Shown here piece after piece: positions 12,204 to 24,989 of a stretch of 64,000 nt of DNA (position 1 is the first letter of the stretch; each line of letters opens with the position of its first letter). The DNA is taken from positions 12,152,001 through 12,216,000 of the forward strand of contig OZ024756.1 of the NCBI GenBank assembly GCA_964016885.1, given 5' to 3'. A program made the translations under genes and the position numbers. A model generated the notes under the pieces. That model did not search any database, had not been told where the DNA came from, and worked only from the letters and a program-made list of their open reading frames with translations. The DNA is from Eledone cirrhosa. Its lineage: Eukaryota.

Positions 12204-12491
12204 TATATATATATATATGTGTTATATATATATATAGTATTCTTTATTTGGGTTTCTTGAAATCTTTATTCGGTATCTTTTGAAGGTGTCTGTGTGTTAT
12301 ATATAGTGTCTAGGTTGTATCTAAACTGTAATTGTATTATGTCTGTATTTATTAGCTGATCGGAATAGCATCACTTACTCATAATGTATTCACAAGTCAA
12401 TAAGTGAGCTTCTGCATAGTTACTCAATTTGCTAGAAATAACAGGCAAATATGCCTCAAATTACATTGAACCATCTCAAGTATTTAGTTAA

Positions 12492-13084
12492 CCCTTTAAT
12501 GTTCAAACCATCCAAAACCGGCCAGAATTCTCTACCTTTTTCTGTTGAAATTGGCTGTAACTGGTCACTCAAACTGATGTTAAGGTATTGTTCTCAAAAT
12601 AAATACTTTCAAAATCTCATAGATTCGAAATTATGTAAGCTAAAGCCTTTACCATGAAAATACAATAGTGTATATATAGAGTAATGTAAATGCTATGTGA
12701 GGTAAAGCCTTTACCATGAAAATACAATAGTATATATAGAGTAATGTAAATGTTATGTGAGGTAAAGCCTTTACTGTGAAAATACAATAGTATATATAGA
12801 GTAATGTAAATGTTATGTGAGGTAAAGCCTTTACTGTGAAAATACAATAGTATATATAGAGTAATGTAAATGTTATGTGAGGTAAAGCCTTTACTGTGAA
12901 AATACAATAGTATATATAGAGTAATGTAAATGTTATGTGAGATATTATGTGAGGTAAAGCCTTTACTGTGAAAATACAATAGTATATATAGAGTAATGTA
13001 AATGTTATGTGAGATATTATGTGAGGTAAAGCCTTTACTGTGAAAACACAATAGTATATATAGAGTAATGTAAATGCTAAAGGG
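12492..13084. mobile_element. piggyBac-type MITE with internal 60/74-bp tandem expansion
   Basis: TTAA-CCCTTT ... AAAGGG-TTAA termini and about 7 internal repeats at 12640-13075. Confidence 0.85.
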
Positions 13085-13286
13085 TTAATGTAGGAGTATA
13101 GAGTTGCCTAGCCAGATGTAGTGTACAAGAGAGAAGATTGCACTGGCAAGGGCATGTAATGCATATGGAAGATGATTGTAGGATGTTCCTAGCGGAAGGA
13201 AGCTACTGTAGAGGAAGACCTGAGCAGAGTGGTGGGTTTGAAAAGACCCATCCTACCTATGCAATCATGGAAATTGGACATGAAGT

Positions 13287-13742
13287 TTGATGGTGATGGT
13301 TGTCATGGTGGTGGTGATGATCATAGTGGTAATGGTAGTTATGGTAGTGATGGTGGTGGTGCTGGTGCTGGTGGTAATGATGGTAGTGGTCCTAGTGATA
13401 GTGGTGGTGGTGGTGGTGGTGGTTTTGGTGATTGTGGTTGTGGTGATAGTGGTGGTGATGATGGTGGTGGTAGTGGTTGTGGTGCTAGTGGTGGTGGTAG
13501 TGGTCCTAGTGATGGTGGTGGTAGTGGTAGTGATGATGGTGGTGGTAGTGGTTTTGGTGATGGTGGTTGTGGTGCTAGTGGTGGTGGTAGTGGTAGTGAT
13601 GATGGTGGTGGTAGTGGTTTTGGTGATAGTGGTAGTGATGATGGTGGTGGTAGTGGTTTTGGTGATGGTGGTTGTGGCGCTAGTGGTGGTGATAGTGGTA
13701 GTGGCGCTAGTGATGGTCGTGGTAGTGGTGGTGGTGATGATT
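13287..13742. repeat. (GGT/GAT/AGT)n low-complexity triplet repeat
   Basis: Direct reading; follows a degraded RTE 3' end at about 13090-13290. Confidence 0.93.
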
Positions 13743-13984
13743 CAATGCCAGTTAATATCATCACACATTTAACAGTCGTCATTAAATATGGATATTAGTT
13801 TGGATCAAATCATTTCCTTCCTATGACAAATTACAGTTTTACCGTGTTTTATAGTTATTGCGATTCCAACCCATCTTCCAGAGAATGAAAAATTACTGAA
13901 TATTTCAAGAGTGTATTTTTCAGCCAATTAACAAACAAACCTAAACAATTTCTTTTTTTTTTTCATTATTTGATCATTATTTAA

Positions 13985-14360
13985 ATTGTCGGTAGAGAGT
14001 CAGACGCCATGCTTTGCGACCGACAGAGTTACGGCCCTTTATGTTCTGAGTTCAAATCCCGCCGAGGTTACCTTTGCCTTTCATCCTTACGGGGTCGATA
14101 AAATAAAGTACCAGTAATGTACTGGGATTGATTTAATCAACTTTCCCCTCCTCTTCAAATTGTTGGACTTGTACCTAAAGTAGAAACCAGAGGGCTGGAC
14201 GCCATGATTTGACGCATGGAGTTACGGCCCTTGCCATTCTGAGTTCAAATCCCGCCGAGGTTAGCTTTGCCTTTCATCCTTACGGGGTCGATAAAATAAA
14301 GTACCAGTAATACACTGGGATAATTGCTGGCCTTGTGCCTAAAGTAGAAACAATTATTAT
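13985..14360 (+). mobile_element. Two tandem copies of SINE family B (Nin/Deu-like central domain)
   Basis: GAGTTCAAATCCCGCCGAGGTTAACTTTGCCTTTCATCCTTACGGGGTCGATAAAATAAAGTACCAG core and GGCCTTGTGCC-AAAGTAGAAAC(ATT)n tail. Confidence 0.88.
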
Positions 14361-14439
14361 CAGCCATACCAGATATTTTTCTGGTGTCAAAAATAAAAAA
14401 AGGAAAAATCTTCTATTAAACTTACTTCATTTACATGTG

Positions 14440-15017
14440 TGGTAGTATAGGTTGTAGTATGGGTGTGTGGTTAAGGTGATAGTATAGCTGTGTAATTAAG
14501 GTGGTAGTATGGCTGTGTAGTTAAGGTGGTAGTATAGCTGTGTAGTTAAGGTGGTAGTATAGCTGTGTGGTTAAGGTGGTAGTATAGCTGTGTAGTTAAG
14601 GTGGTAGTATAGCTGTGTGGTTAAGGTGGTAGTATAGCTGTGTGGTTAAGGTGGTAGTATAGCTGTGTAGTTAAGGTGGTAGTATAGCTGTGTGGTTAAG
14701 GTGGTAGTATAGCTGTGTAGTTAAGGTGGTAGTATAGCTGTGTGGTTAAGGTGGTAGTATAGCTGTGTGGTTAAGGTGGTAGTATAGCTGTGTAGTTAAG
14801 GTGGTAGTATAGCTGTGTGGTTAAGGTGGTAGTATAGCTGTGTAGTTAAGGTGGTAGTATAGCTGTGTGGTTAAGGTGGTAGTATAGCTGTGTAGTTAAG
14901 GTGGTAGTATAGCTGTGTGGTTAAGGTGGTAGTATAGCTGTGTGGTTAAGGTGGTAGTATAGCTGTGTGGTTAAGGTGGTAGTATAGCTGTGTGGTTAAG
15001 GTGGTAGTATGGCTGTG
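14440..15017 (+). repeat. 25-bp minisatellite
   Basis: Unit GTGGTAGTATAGCTGTGT(A/G)GTTAAG, about 22 copies. Confidence 0.97.
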
Positions 15018-17503
15018 TCATATCTATCTATGGACTTCTGTCATATCTATCTATGGACCTCTGTCATATCTATCTTTGGACCTCTGTCATATCTATCTAT
15101 GGACCCCTATCATATCTATCTTTGGACCTATGTCATATCTATCTAAGGACTTCTGTCATATCTATCTATGGACCTCTGTCATATTTATCTTTGGACCTCT
15201 GTCATATCTATCTATGGACCTCTGTCATATCTATCAATGGACCTGTATCATATCTATCTGTGGACCTCTGTCATATCTATCTGTGGACCTCTGTCATATG
15301 TATCTATGGACCTCTGTCATATCTATCTATGGACCTCTGTCATATCTATCTATGGACCTCTGTCATATCTATCTTTGGACCTCTGTCATATCTATGGACC
15401 TCTGTCATATCTATCTGTGGACCTCTGTCATATCTATCTCTGGACCTCTGTCATATCTATCTAAGGACCTCTGTCATATCTATCTATGGACCTCTGTCAT
15501 ATCTATCTTTGGACCTCTGTCATATCTATCTATGGACCTCTGTCATATCTATCTATGGACCTCTGTCATATCTATCTATGGACCTCTGTCATATCTATCT
15601 TTGGACCTCTGTCATATCTATCTTTGGACCTCTGTCATATCTATCTATGGACCTGTATCATATCTATCTATGGACCTCTGTCATATGTATCTTTGGACCT
15701 CTGTCATATCTATCTATGGACCCCTATCATATCTATCTATGGACCTCTGTCATATGTATCTATGGACTTCTATCATATCTATCTATGGACCTCTGTCATA
15801 TCTATCTATGGACCTCTGTCATATCTATCTATGGACTTCTATCATATCTATCAATGGACCTGTATCATATCTATCTATGGACCTCAGTCATATCTATCTA
15901 AGGACCTGTATCATATCTATCTATGGACTTCTGTCATATCTATCTATGGACTTCTGTCATATCTATCTAAGGACCTCTGTCATATCTATCTCTGGACCTC
16001 TGTCATATCTATCTAAGGACCTCTGTCATATCTATCTATGGACCTCTGTCATATCTATCTTTGGACCTCTGTCATATCTATCTATGGACCTCTGTCATAT
16101 CTATCTTTGGACCTCTGTCATATCTATCTTTGGACCTCTGTCATATCTATCTATGGACCTCTGTCATATCTATCTATGGACCTCTGTCATATCTATCTAT
16201 GGACCTGTATCATATCTATCTATGGACCTCTGTCATATGTATCTTTGGACCTCTGTCATATCTATCTATGGACCCCTATCATATCTATCTATGGACCTCT
16301 GTCATATGTATCTATGGACTTCTATCATATCTATCTATGGACCTCTGTCATATCTATCTATGGACCTCTGTCATATCTATCTATGGACTTCTATCATATC
16401 TATCAATGGACCTGTATCATATCTATCTATGGACCTCAGTCATATCTATCTAAGGACCTGTATCATATCTATCTATGGACTTCTGTCATATCTATCTATG
16501 GACTTCTGTCATATCTATCTAAGGACCTGTGTCATAACTATCTATGGACCTCTGTCATATCTATCTATGGACCTCTGTCATATCTTTGGACCTCTGTCAT
16601 ATCTATCTGTGGACCTCTGTCATATCTATCTAAGGACCTCTGTCATATCTATCTCTGGACCTCTGTCATATCTATCTATGGACCTCTGTCATATCTATCT
16701 TTGGACCTCTGTCATATCTATCTATGGACCTCTGTCATATCTATCTTTGGACCTCTGTCATATCTATTTTTGGACCTCTGTCATATCTATCTATGGACCT
16801 GTGTCATATCTATCTATGGACCTCTGTCATATCTATCTATGGACCTCTGTCATATCTATCTTTGGACCTCTGTCATATCTATCTATGGACCTGTATCATA
16901 TCTATCTATGGACCTCTGTCATATGTATCTTTGGACCTCTGTCATATCTATCTATGGACCCCTATCATATCTATCTATGGACCTCTGTCATATGTATCTA
17001 TGGACTTCTATCTATGGACCCCTATCATATCTATCTATGGACCTCTGTCATATCTATCTATGGACTTCTATCATATCTATCAATGGACTTGTATCATATC
17101 TATCTATGGACCTCAGTCATATCTATCTAAGGGCCTGTATCATATCTATCTATGGACTTCTGTCATATCTATCTAAGGACCTCTGTCATATCTATCTATG
17201 GACTTCTGTCATATCTATCTAAGGACCTCTGTCATATCTATCTATGGACCTCTGTCATATTTATCTTTGGACCTCTGTCATATCTATCTATGGACCTCTG
17301 TTATATTTATCTTTGGACCTCTGTCATATCTATCTATGGACCTCTGTCATATCTATCTAAGGACCTCTGTCATATCTATCTATGGACCTCTGTCATATTT
17401 ATCTTTGGACCTCTGTCATATCTATCTAAGGACCTCTGTCATATCTATCTATGGACCTCTGTCATATCTATCTATGGACCCCTATCATATCTATCTATGG
17501 ACC
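15014..17503 (+). repeat. 23-bp minisatellite
   Basis: Unit GGACCTCTGTCATATCTATCT(A/T)T, about 108 copies. ORFs in all + frames are artefacts. Confidence 0.98.
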
Positions 17504-17802
17504 ATAGCTCCTTGTGGATTCAAAGAGGTCTTGCAGTAACATATAGCTTTTCTTTGGCCATTTAAAGCCCAGTCCCTCTTTACATCTGAACACATCTGAT
17601 TTCTTCTGGAGAAGGAGAAAGAAAGTGATATAGAGGATGAATTAATCCCCAGTACTGGACTGCTACCTTTTTTATCAACCTTCAAAGGACGAAAAGCAAA
17701 GTCGACATCAGTGAGATTTGAACTCAAAGCCCGGAGTACGGGAATGAATACTGCAAAGCATTCTATCTGATGGTCTAATGACACTTATTTTTCAACATAT
17801 GG

Positions 17803-19919
17803 TGCAGATGGTAAACAATTTTTTAAAAGTTGTGTGCTTCTTAAATGAGATTATTTAATTCTTGTGTATTTTCAAGTCCTGAATACAAATATCACCTTGA
17901 TAAATACTTATTAACTACAGGTTTAAAGATACACAATATGTACTATTTGATTATTTTATTATGACGTACATGTGTCATTATGTTTTAAGTTCTAGTCTGT
18001 ATCTACTCTCTGCTTCATTGCTTGACATTTATAATGGGTTGAAGAATTATCTCTTGCCAATGTCCAGCAATAGTCTGCAAGCAATGCTGTGCTCTATTTG
18101 CCCTGGTACCACTTTTCCATGGTTGAAATATCTTGGCGAAACCTTTCGGCGTGTTTGTCATTACTGTCCCACAGATGAATCTATGAACAGACTCCAGTGA
18201 CTGTCCCACTGGAAAAAGTCTAAATGGGAGTCCAAAAAGTAGATTTTAAGTGACATGTTACATCCCATATTCTTGTAAGCCATGAGGAGGTTTTACACCA
18301 ATTCTTCGTAGTTTCCTCTTCTTTTCTGTTTCTGAGAAATCCCTTCACTACTAACTTGAATTCTTCTCAAACAGCTTTCTCCTCCCCATGAAGGGCTGAT
18401 TTAAAGTCACCATCTTTAAGGAACTCTCGAATCTGAGGACCAATGAAGACTCTCTCTTTTATCTTAGCATCGCTCAGTGACGGGAATTTTGATGTTAAAA
18501 AATCGAATCCTTGACAGGATTTGTCAATAACTTTTACAAAGCTTTTCATGAGCCCCAGTTTTATGTGTAATGGTGGTAACAACATTTAGTTTGGTCCAGT
18601 GAGAGGTGGATGTTGAACATTTTTCATCCCAGGCTCCAAAGTTTGATGAGGTGGCCAGTCTCTCTTAATATAGTAGGAACCTCTTCCACAGCTGTCCCAT
18701 TCACACAGAAAGCATCAGTACTTGGTGTATTCACCCTGCAAGCCCATCACAAGAGCAAAAACCTTTACATCACCACAGAGCTGCCATTGATGTTCATCGT
18801 ATTTTAGGCATTGCAAAATATGGTTTATATTCTCATAAGTTTCTTTTGTATGTGATGCATAACACACAGGAACTGGTGGTTCACTGTTGCCATTATGCAG
18901 TAAGACACCTTTCAGGCTAGTTTTTGATGAATCTATGAACAGACTCCAGTGACTGAGTTTGTATTCAGTATCAAGCGCTTCCATCAGATCATTAATATTA
19001 TTACAGGCCAATAAATCACCTTCCATTATGAAGAAATTGCTGAACTGCTTCTGACAGTCACAAATTCTTGAAATCTTCACATCAGCTGCTAGAAGGTTCC
19101 ACTGTTGCAGACAAGAGCCTAGCAGCTCTGCCTTATTCTTAGGTAGTTGTAGATCTCTGACAAGGTCATGAAGTTCCCCTTGTGTTATGAGATGTGGTCT
19201 AGAGGAGTGTGCTTCATCAAAATTATATCATTCAGTAGGAAAATAAAATTAATATAAAATGCTTCTCATAGATATCAATAGCTTGTTCAATGATTACATC
19301 ATCTTACATCATTTTTACGTCCGCTTTTCCCTGCTTGCAAGGGTGGGACGGGAACTGATTCTGGCTTGATTTCTACAGCTGGATGCCCTTCCTAACACCA
19401 ACCTCATTTACAGTGAGTACTGGGTGCTTTTTTTCCGTGGCACCTCCACAACCACTTTGCAGTCCTATCATCTCATTTCTACAGCTGAGTAAACTGGAGC
19501 AATGTGAAATAAAGTGTCTTGCTCAAGGAAACAACACATCACCTGGTCTGAGAATTGAACTCACAACCTTTCGATTGCAAGGCCAATGCTCTAACCACTA
19601 AGCCATGTGCCTCCATTATTTATTATTAGTTTAAGAAGTGTTTGACTACGAAAATCACCTACCTTTCACCTCAATATATAAACTAGCACAGCACAACCTC
19701 CCCCTATGACTACTGAAACAATACTGAAGGGTAGTGTGACTGTGAGTGTGGTAAGAAACACTACCACAAGACTGTTGGAGCCTGTTGTAACGCATAGGTG
19801 GTGTATGTTGTAAAGTAGAGCTAACAAACAGTTTTAACCATGATATTCATTATCAGTGACCTAAAATTATTTGGCAATTATTACTCTGGTCTCAGAAGCA
19901 TTTTGGTTGTTGACCAGTG
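17803..19919 (-). mobile_element. Chapaev3-like (CMC superfamily) DNA transposon with disrupted transposase
   Basis: Fragments WSLFIDSSKTSLKGVLLHNGN..KETY..WQLCGDVKV..GLQGEYTKY, LLPPLHIKLGLMKSFVK..KIKERVFIGPQIR and MGCNMSLKI. Terminus CACTGGTCAACAA at 19919. Frameshifts and a nested SINE. Confidence 0.8.
19305..19614 (-). mobile_element. SINE family A nested in the Chapaev3-like element
   Basis: Reverse-complement copy with a small internal deletion. Confidence 0.92.
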
Positions 19920-20149
19920 TAATCTGTCTTTACATCAATAATGCTATTGTTTTTAATGTTAATTGTGAATTAATTGTATTTTTTTCTGCACTAATCAAAT
20001 CATATGTCGAAATGTTGCTGATCTGATAGCTATTTTGGCTTAAGTTTCTCTAACCACATATTATGCTCTGTAATACTTTTGGCTTCAATTATCCTCACCT
20101 TACACAATGTCTCGCCAAGAAGTATTTTCACTTACATGATTGCAGATAA

Positions 20150-20735
20150 TAATAATAATGTTTCTACTTTTGGCACAAGGCCAGCAATTATACCAGTGCA
20201 TTACTGGTACTTTATTTTATCGACCCCGTAAGGATGAAAGACAAAGTTAACCTCGACGGGATTTGAACTCAGACCGTAAAGGGACGTAACTATGCTGGAA
20301 AGCATGGCTAATAATAATAATAATAATTGTTTCTACTTTAGGCACAAGGTCAGCAATTTTCTTAAGGGGAGGGGAAAGTTGATTAAATCGACCCTAGTAC
20401 ATTACTGGTACTTTATTTTATCGACCCCATAAGGATGAAAGGCAAAGTTAACCTCAGCAGAATTTGAATTCAGAATGTAAAGGGCCGTAACTCTATGCCA
20501 CGAAGCATGTTGTCCGGCGTTCTACCGATACTCTCAGACTCTGCCTGTCTGTTTGTCGCTCGCAGGTCCCTCTCAACTGTCTGGCGCCAGTTCATTTTGG
20601 GTCGCCCTCTCCGCCCGTAAGGATGAAAGACAAAGTTAACCTTGGCGGGATTTGAACTCAGAATGGCAAGGGCCGTAACTCTATGCGTCAAAGCTTGGCG
20701 TCCGACCCTCTACCGATACTACCAATCCACCGCCC
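20150..20735 (-). mobile_element. Cluster of three SINE family B copies with an embedded RTE-like 3' snippet
   Basis: Reverse-complement cores. 20545-20615 reads GRRGRPKMNWRQTVERDL on the - strand. Confidence 0.85.
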
Positions 20736-21049
20736 TTGATTGCAGATAATTATAATACACTAGCAGAAGAACCGCTCTTCGGGCGGTTTTCTGCTAACAT
20801 ATGTAGTGTGCATATTGGTATTATACGCAAGTATACAGATATGATACATAAATCAAAAATTAAATTGACAATACTGTAAATATGGTTGGTGTTAGGAAGG
20901 GCATCCAGCCATAGAAAACCTGCCAGATAGTCCTATATGAGCGAGACACGGTCACCCAACCAACCTTGCCTCAAGTGGGACAACTCCCATCTAACTCATG
21001 CTAGCGTGGAAAATGGACGTTAAACGAAGGTGATGATGAATATCTTCTT

Positions 21050-21670
21050 CTTCGCCCACTTATTTCTGAGGGGGTCATGGGGGCAGAGTCCTCAAATACT
21101 CCTTCCAACAGGTCTGTCAGAAACAAACATCTCTAACTGATCCAGCTGGATCCCAAAGCGAGACCAGCTAAGCTCATGGACGTTATCCAACTATCTTGCT
21201 CGAAGTCTACCCCTGGGTCTCCTGCCAGTTGGTTTTGCCCGTAAAATCTGTCCTGTGATTCTTTCCTGAGACATTCTAATCACATGCCCATAGTATCGGA
21301 GCTGTGATCTCTGAATTTGGAGAAGTAGCAGCTCTATCTGGAGTGACTCTCTGATCTCCGAGCTACAAATCTATCTAGTGGTTCTTACCTGAGACATTCT
21401 AATCACATGTCCATAGTATCAGAGCTGTGATCTCTCAATTTGGAGAAGTAGCAGCTCTACTTGGAGTGACTCTCTGATCTCTGAGCTACAAATCTATCTA
21501 GTGGTTCTTTCCTGAGACATTCTAATCACATGTCCATAGTATCGGAGCTGTGATCTCTCAATTTGGAGAAGTAGCAGCTCTATCTAGAGTGACTCTCTGA
21601 TCTCCGAGCTACAAATCTATCTAGTGGTTCTTACCTGAGACATTCTAATCACATGTCCATAGTATCGGTA
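21050..21670 (-). mobile_element. RTE-type LINE 3' fragment with 120-bp internal tandem repeats
   Basis: Minus strand reads like LLLQIQRSQLRYYGHVIRMSQERITGQILRAKPTGRRPRGR; the segment is repeated about 3.5 times. Confidence 0.75.
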
Positions 21671-22340
21671 AGGGAGATGTGCTGGAAGAGCCATTCTATC
21701 TCACGATGCTCACACCTGCAGCTGGCGAGCTCAGCGCCTATGGTGGTAAGTAGGGAGGTAGCCCTACGGCCAAAGACACAGGAAGTCTCCACTGCTAAGG
21801 GCACAACTGCAAACCTGTCGGAGAGCGACCGATACTTGGCGAGTTTGCCCTCCTCAGCCCAAAATGCAGCAGAACCTGGGTTAGTCACAGACTGCACCAG
21901 GCTGCAGCTTGAGAAAGTGTCGCTGCAAGTGGCATCCCAGAAGTGGGATTTGCCACCATGGAACGGGAAGATGGTCATACCTTCTGGCCTTTTGTCGTCC
22001 CCTCAGTCTATCCCCACCGGCTCGAGTTGGGAGGGGAAGCCTGCAGCATCCAAGCCATGCTTTATACTCTCATTAAGGGCAGCCAGCACTGTAGCGACAG
22101 GAATGCAAGAGGAGGCCAAAAGAGTCTACAGTGGATCCACAGCAACATTTATGTGATTCGCAGATCAAGAGGCCAAGCCTCGGGGAAACCCTGATGTGCA
22201 GGCTATCGTTGTCCAGCTGCGTGCCAGTGGAGAAGGAGGGTAAGACATGGAGCCAGGCACCACTGTGGGGTTGTGAGGTCGCGAGAAAACAGGCAAGACA
22301 GTGCTGGTCGAGCTGGCCCGTTAGCCTGTCTGAGGCCAGG
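21649..22340 (-). mobile_element. Non-LTR retrotransposon fragment with restriction-like endonuclease (CRE-like)
   Basis: SGAWL...HKCCCG...SC zinc knuckle, then RPEGMTIFPF..GK..WDATCSDT...KLAKY...PLAVET. A second fragment lies at about 47380-47685 (+). Confidence 0.8.
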
Positions 22341-22359
22341 CTGCACTGGATGGCATCTG

Positions 22360-22673
22360 GGGCACCTTTTTATACAGCTGTCATCCTTCATATGCATCAC
22401 ATGTCCATACCAATATAATCTCCTCTCTTGCGCACAACATTTGATTCCTCTTATGCTCAGTTTCTCTCTCTCAATTTGTTTATGCTTTGCAGTTCACGTA
22501 TATTACTATTACACATCTATTGGAGCACGCAGGCTTCATTTTTTTCCAATCTCTGCAACTCTTCTGTACACAACGCCCAGGTCTCACTACCATGCAACAT
22601 AGCTGTACGTACGCATCCAACAGTCTGCTTTTCATTTTGTAGCCAACAGTGGTAGTAGCTCCCTGAACTTCCT

Positions 22674-22678
<5 letters not shown>
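22360..22678 (-). mobile_element. RTE LINE C-terminal fragment
   Basis: CVRTAMLHGSETWALCTEELQRLEKNEA; same family as 48401. Confidence 0.85.
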
Positions 22679-22703
<25 letters not shown>

Positions 22704-22705
<2 letters not shown>

Positions 22706-22845
22706 ACGAAGGAAATGTGGTAAGGAACCAGGTGGACCATAACGCACCAAAGTACTCAATACTTAGGGTAGTAGAGTGGGTAATAGGAACGAGTAGGACC
22801 CCAACGGCTTGAGCTCAGCCGTCGGGGTCCTACTCGTTCCTATAT
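22704..22845 (-). mobile_element. Fold-back remnant family C
   Basis: Arms TAGGAACGAGTAGGACCCCAACGGCT / AGCCGTCGGGGTCCTACTCGTTCCTA with tail hairpin at 22751-22777. The sister copy at 43915-44030 shows GAAACGGC...GTC (hammerhead 3' half). Confidence 0.75.
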
Positions 22846-22859
22846 ATATATATATATAT

Positions 22860-23030
22860 ACGATATATTAACAAATGGAAACTATATTTATAAAACCATA
22901 TTTATTTTATTATACATATTTCAAGGGCCCTTGAAATATGTATAATAAAATAAATATGGTTTTATAAATATAGTTTCCATTTGTTAATATATTGTATATT
23001 TACTCCACTAACATGTTGAGTGCTTTATAT
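22860..23030 (+). mobile_element. Fold-back remnant family D
   Basis: Near-perfect 135-bp palindrome centred on CAAGGGCCCTTG, then GAAATATGTATAATAAAATA. Tail hairpin at 23001-23024; sister copy at 46103-46272. Confidence 0.8.
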
Positions 23031-23250
23031 CAGTTTTAAAAAAATGTTTAAGCTTGTTGAATCCAAACAAATTAAATATAACCTCTGCATATATATATAT
23101 ATATTTATGATATGTACACACATACACACACATCCAACATGACAGTATGATATTGATATGTTATTATTTGATAGTCCTGGCAGGGAGGGGCAGGGGGAAA
23201 TGATATCACATGATGGTATGATATTAACTTGATATCTTGTTATTTGACAG

Positions 23251-23334
23251 TTTCGGGAAATGGTATCACAGCTGAAAGATCTTGTCACTGAGAAACAGAG
23301 AGAGATATCCCGTGCAGTGGCACCATATATCCAG
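23251..23334 (+). CDS. NUGGC: Internal coding exon B of the SLIP-GC/NUGGC-like gene
   Basis: Acceptor TATTTGACAG, perfect donor CAG/GTAAGT, 84 nt, phase 0-0: FREMVSQLKDLVTEKQREISRAVAPYIQ. Confidence 0.75.
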
Positions 23335-23659
23335 GTAAGTCTTCTGCTTTACAACATAAATTATATAACCACACCTGTACATATACACACAATATCTCAT
23401 TGGATACAAGTTGCACCTTTTCCCATAAAAACACATGAAAAACTGGCATGTGGCCCATCTACTGGATGTGTAAAATCTCAATTCAAAACATGGTTTATTT
23501 GAAATGTCGTTTGTAAAATATAGGTGCAACTTATACATAATTGTATAGTGTGTGTGTGTATGTATATATTTATGTGTGTGTCTGTGTGTATATATATATA
23601 TGGGTGTGTGTGTGTGTGTGTATATATAATGATCTATTTTAGAAACGAGTGGATATGTA

Positions 23660-23875
23660 TTTATTGAAAATTAACCTAGAGTTAGAAACTTCAACACATA
23701 TTGTTTTTTTACAATGAAAAATAGCCTAAAGAACTTGGGCATAAAAGCTACAGGCAACACTGTCGACTTTTTTCCTTTCTGGGGTTTTTATGCCCAAGTT
23801 CTTTAGGCTATTTTTCATTGTAAAAAACAATAGGTGTGTTGAAGTTTCTAACTCTTGGTTAATTTTCAATAAATA
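23660..23875. repeat. Long inverted repeat (about 88-bp arms, 38-bp spacer)
   Basis: TATTTATTGAAAATTAACC...GGGCATAAAA versus TTTTATGCCC...GGTTAATTTTCAATAAATA; microsatellite flanks. Confidence 0.88.
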
Positions 23876-24685
23876 TACACACAAACATGTTTATATATAT
23901 TTATACACACAAACATGTTTATATATATAGATGTCTTTTGTTTCTCTTTCTCACAGTATTCTTTATTATTTCTGTTTCTGTCAGTCATTGGGTCCCTTTA
24001 GTGCTTCAGTTATTTAGGAAGAATATACTACATTGGGGACTTTATATATTATATTGAGGGCTTTATGTGTTATATTGCATGACTTATATACCACATTGAG
24101 GTCTTTATATACCACACTGAGGGCTTCATGTATAATATATAAAGCCCTCAGTATAATGCATGAAGTCCTCTGCTCTAGGGTCAGTGTTAAACTTGTCAGA
24201 AAGTGACCAGTACTTCAAGAATTTGTGATCTTCTCGTTTCCAGTATACAACCACATGTTTAGAATAGGTACGCCATAACCCTGCATGCTTTAATAAATTA
24301 CCAAAAAAGTTAGTTTCAGGCAGGGCATCCAGCTTTGAAACATTGTCTCAAAACGTCTTGTCCAACCCATGCCAACATGGAAAAGTTGACATAAAAATGA
24401 TGATGATAATGATGAGTGTAATTCTTGTTTAGTCCTTGAGCAAGACACTTTATTTCATGTTGTTATTCGTACCAGGAGTTGTGACCGGTAGTTAGTATCA
24501 GCAATGGAAAGACCAATAGAAACATTGTTTCCTTGGTTTGATTTGACAAGTTCCACCCCGGTAAGCAAATCTGGTCTGGTTGATTGATTCAACCTATCAA
24601 TATGTCTGTTCAGCCACAAACTTCCATTTCTTTGTCAGTTGTTGTGCGAACAATGACTTATAGTTTGTAGAATCAACAGAACTGA

Positions 24686-24858
24686 AGATGTCTTCCATAG
24701 ACTTTATAGGACCACACTTTCTTGGCATGGCCACATCACAAAAAGATGTCTTCCATAAACGTTATAGGACCACACTTTCTTGGCATGGCCACATCACAAA
24801 AAGATGTCTTCCATAAACGTTATAGGACCACACTTTCTTGGCATGGCCACATCACAAA
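24686..24858 (+). repeat. 58-bp tandem repeat x3
   Basis: AAGATGTCTTCCATAAACGTTATAGGACCACACTTTCTTGGCATGGCCACATCACAAA. Confidence 0.92.
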
Positions 24859-24989
24859 TGAGGTTATGGAGAAGTGCATCTGGCTGAATATGTGATACCA
24901 TTACTGTTTTTGTTTCAATGGCAGTATTTAAAATATTGAAAGTCATTTGTGATTTTTATGAATACACCTTTGTCAATGTGTGTGTGTAT

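Noticed and set aside
13229-13798. Gly-rich or Pro-rich protein
   Set aside because: (GGT)n-type expansion at an RTE tail, open in several frames, with no supporting splice structure.
14992-17565. 712-aa and overlapping ORFs
   Set aside because: Translations of a 23-bp repeat that cycles through all three frames.
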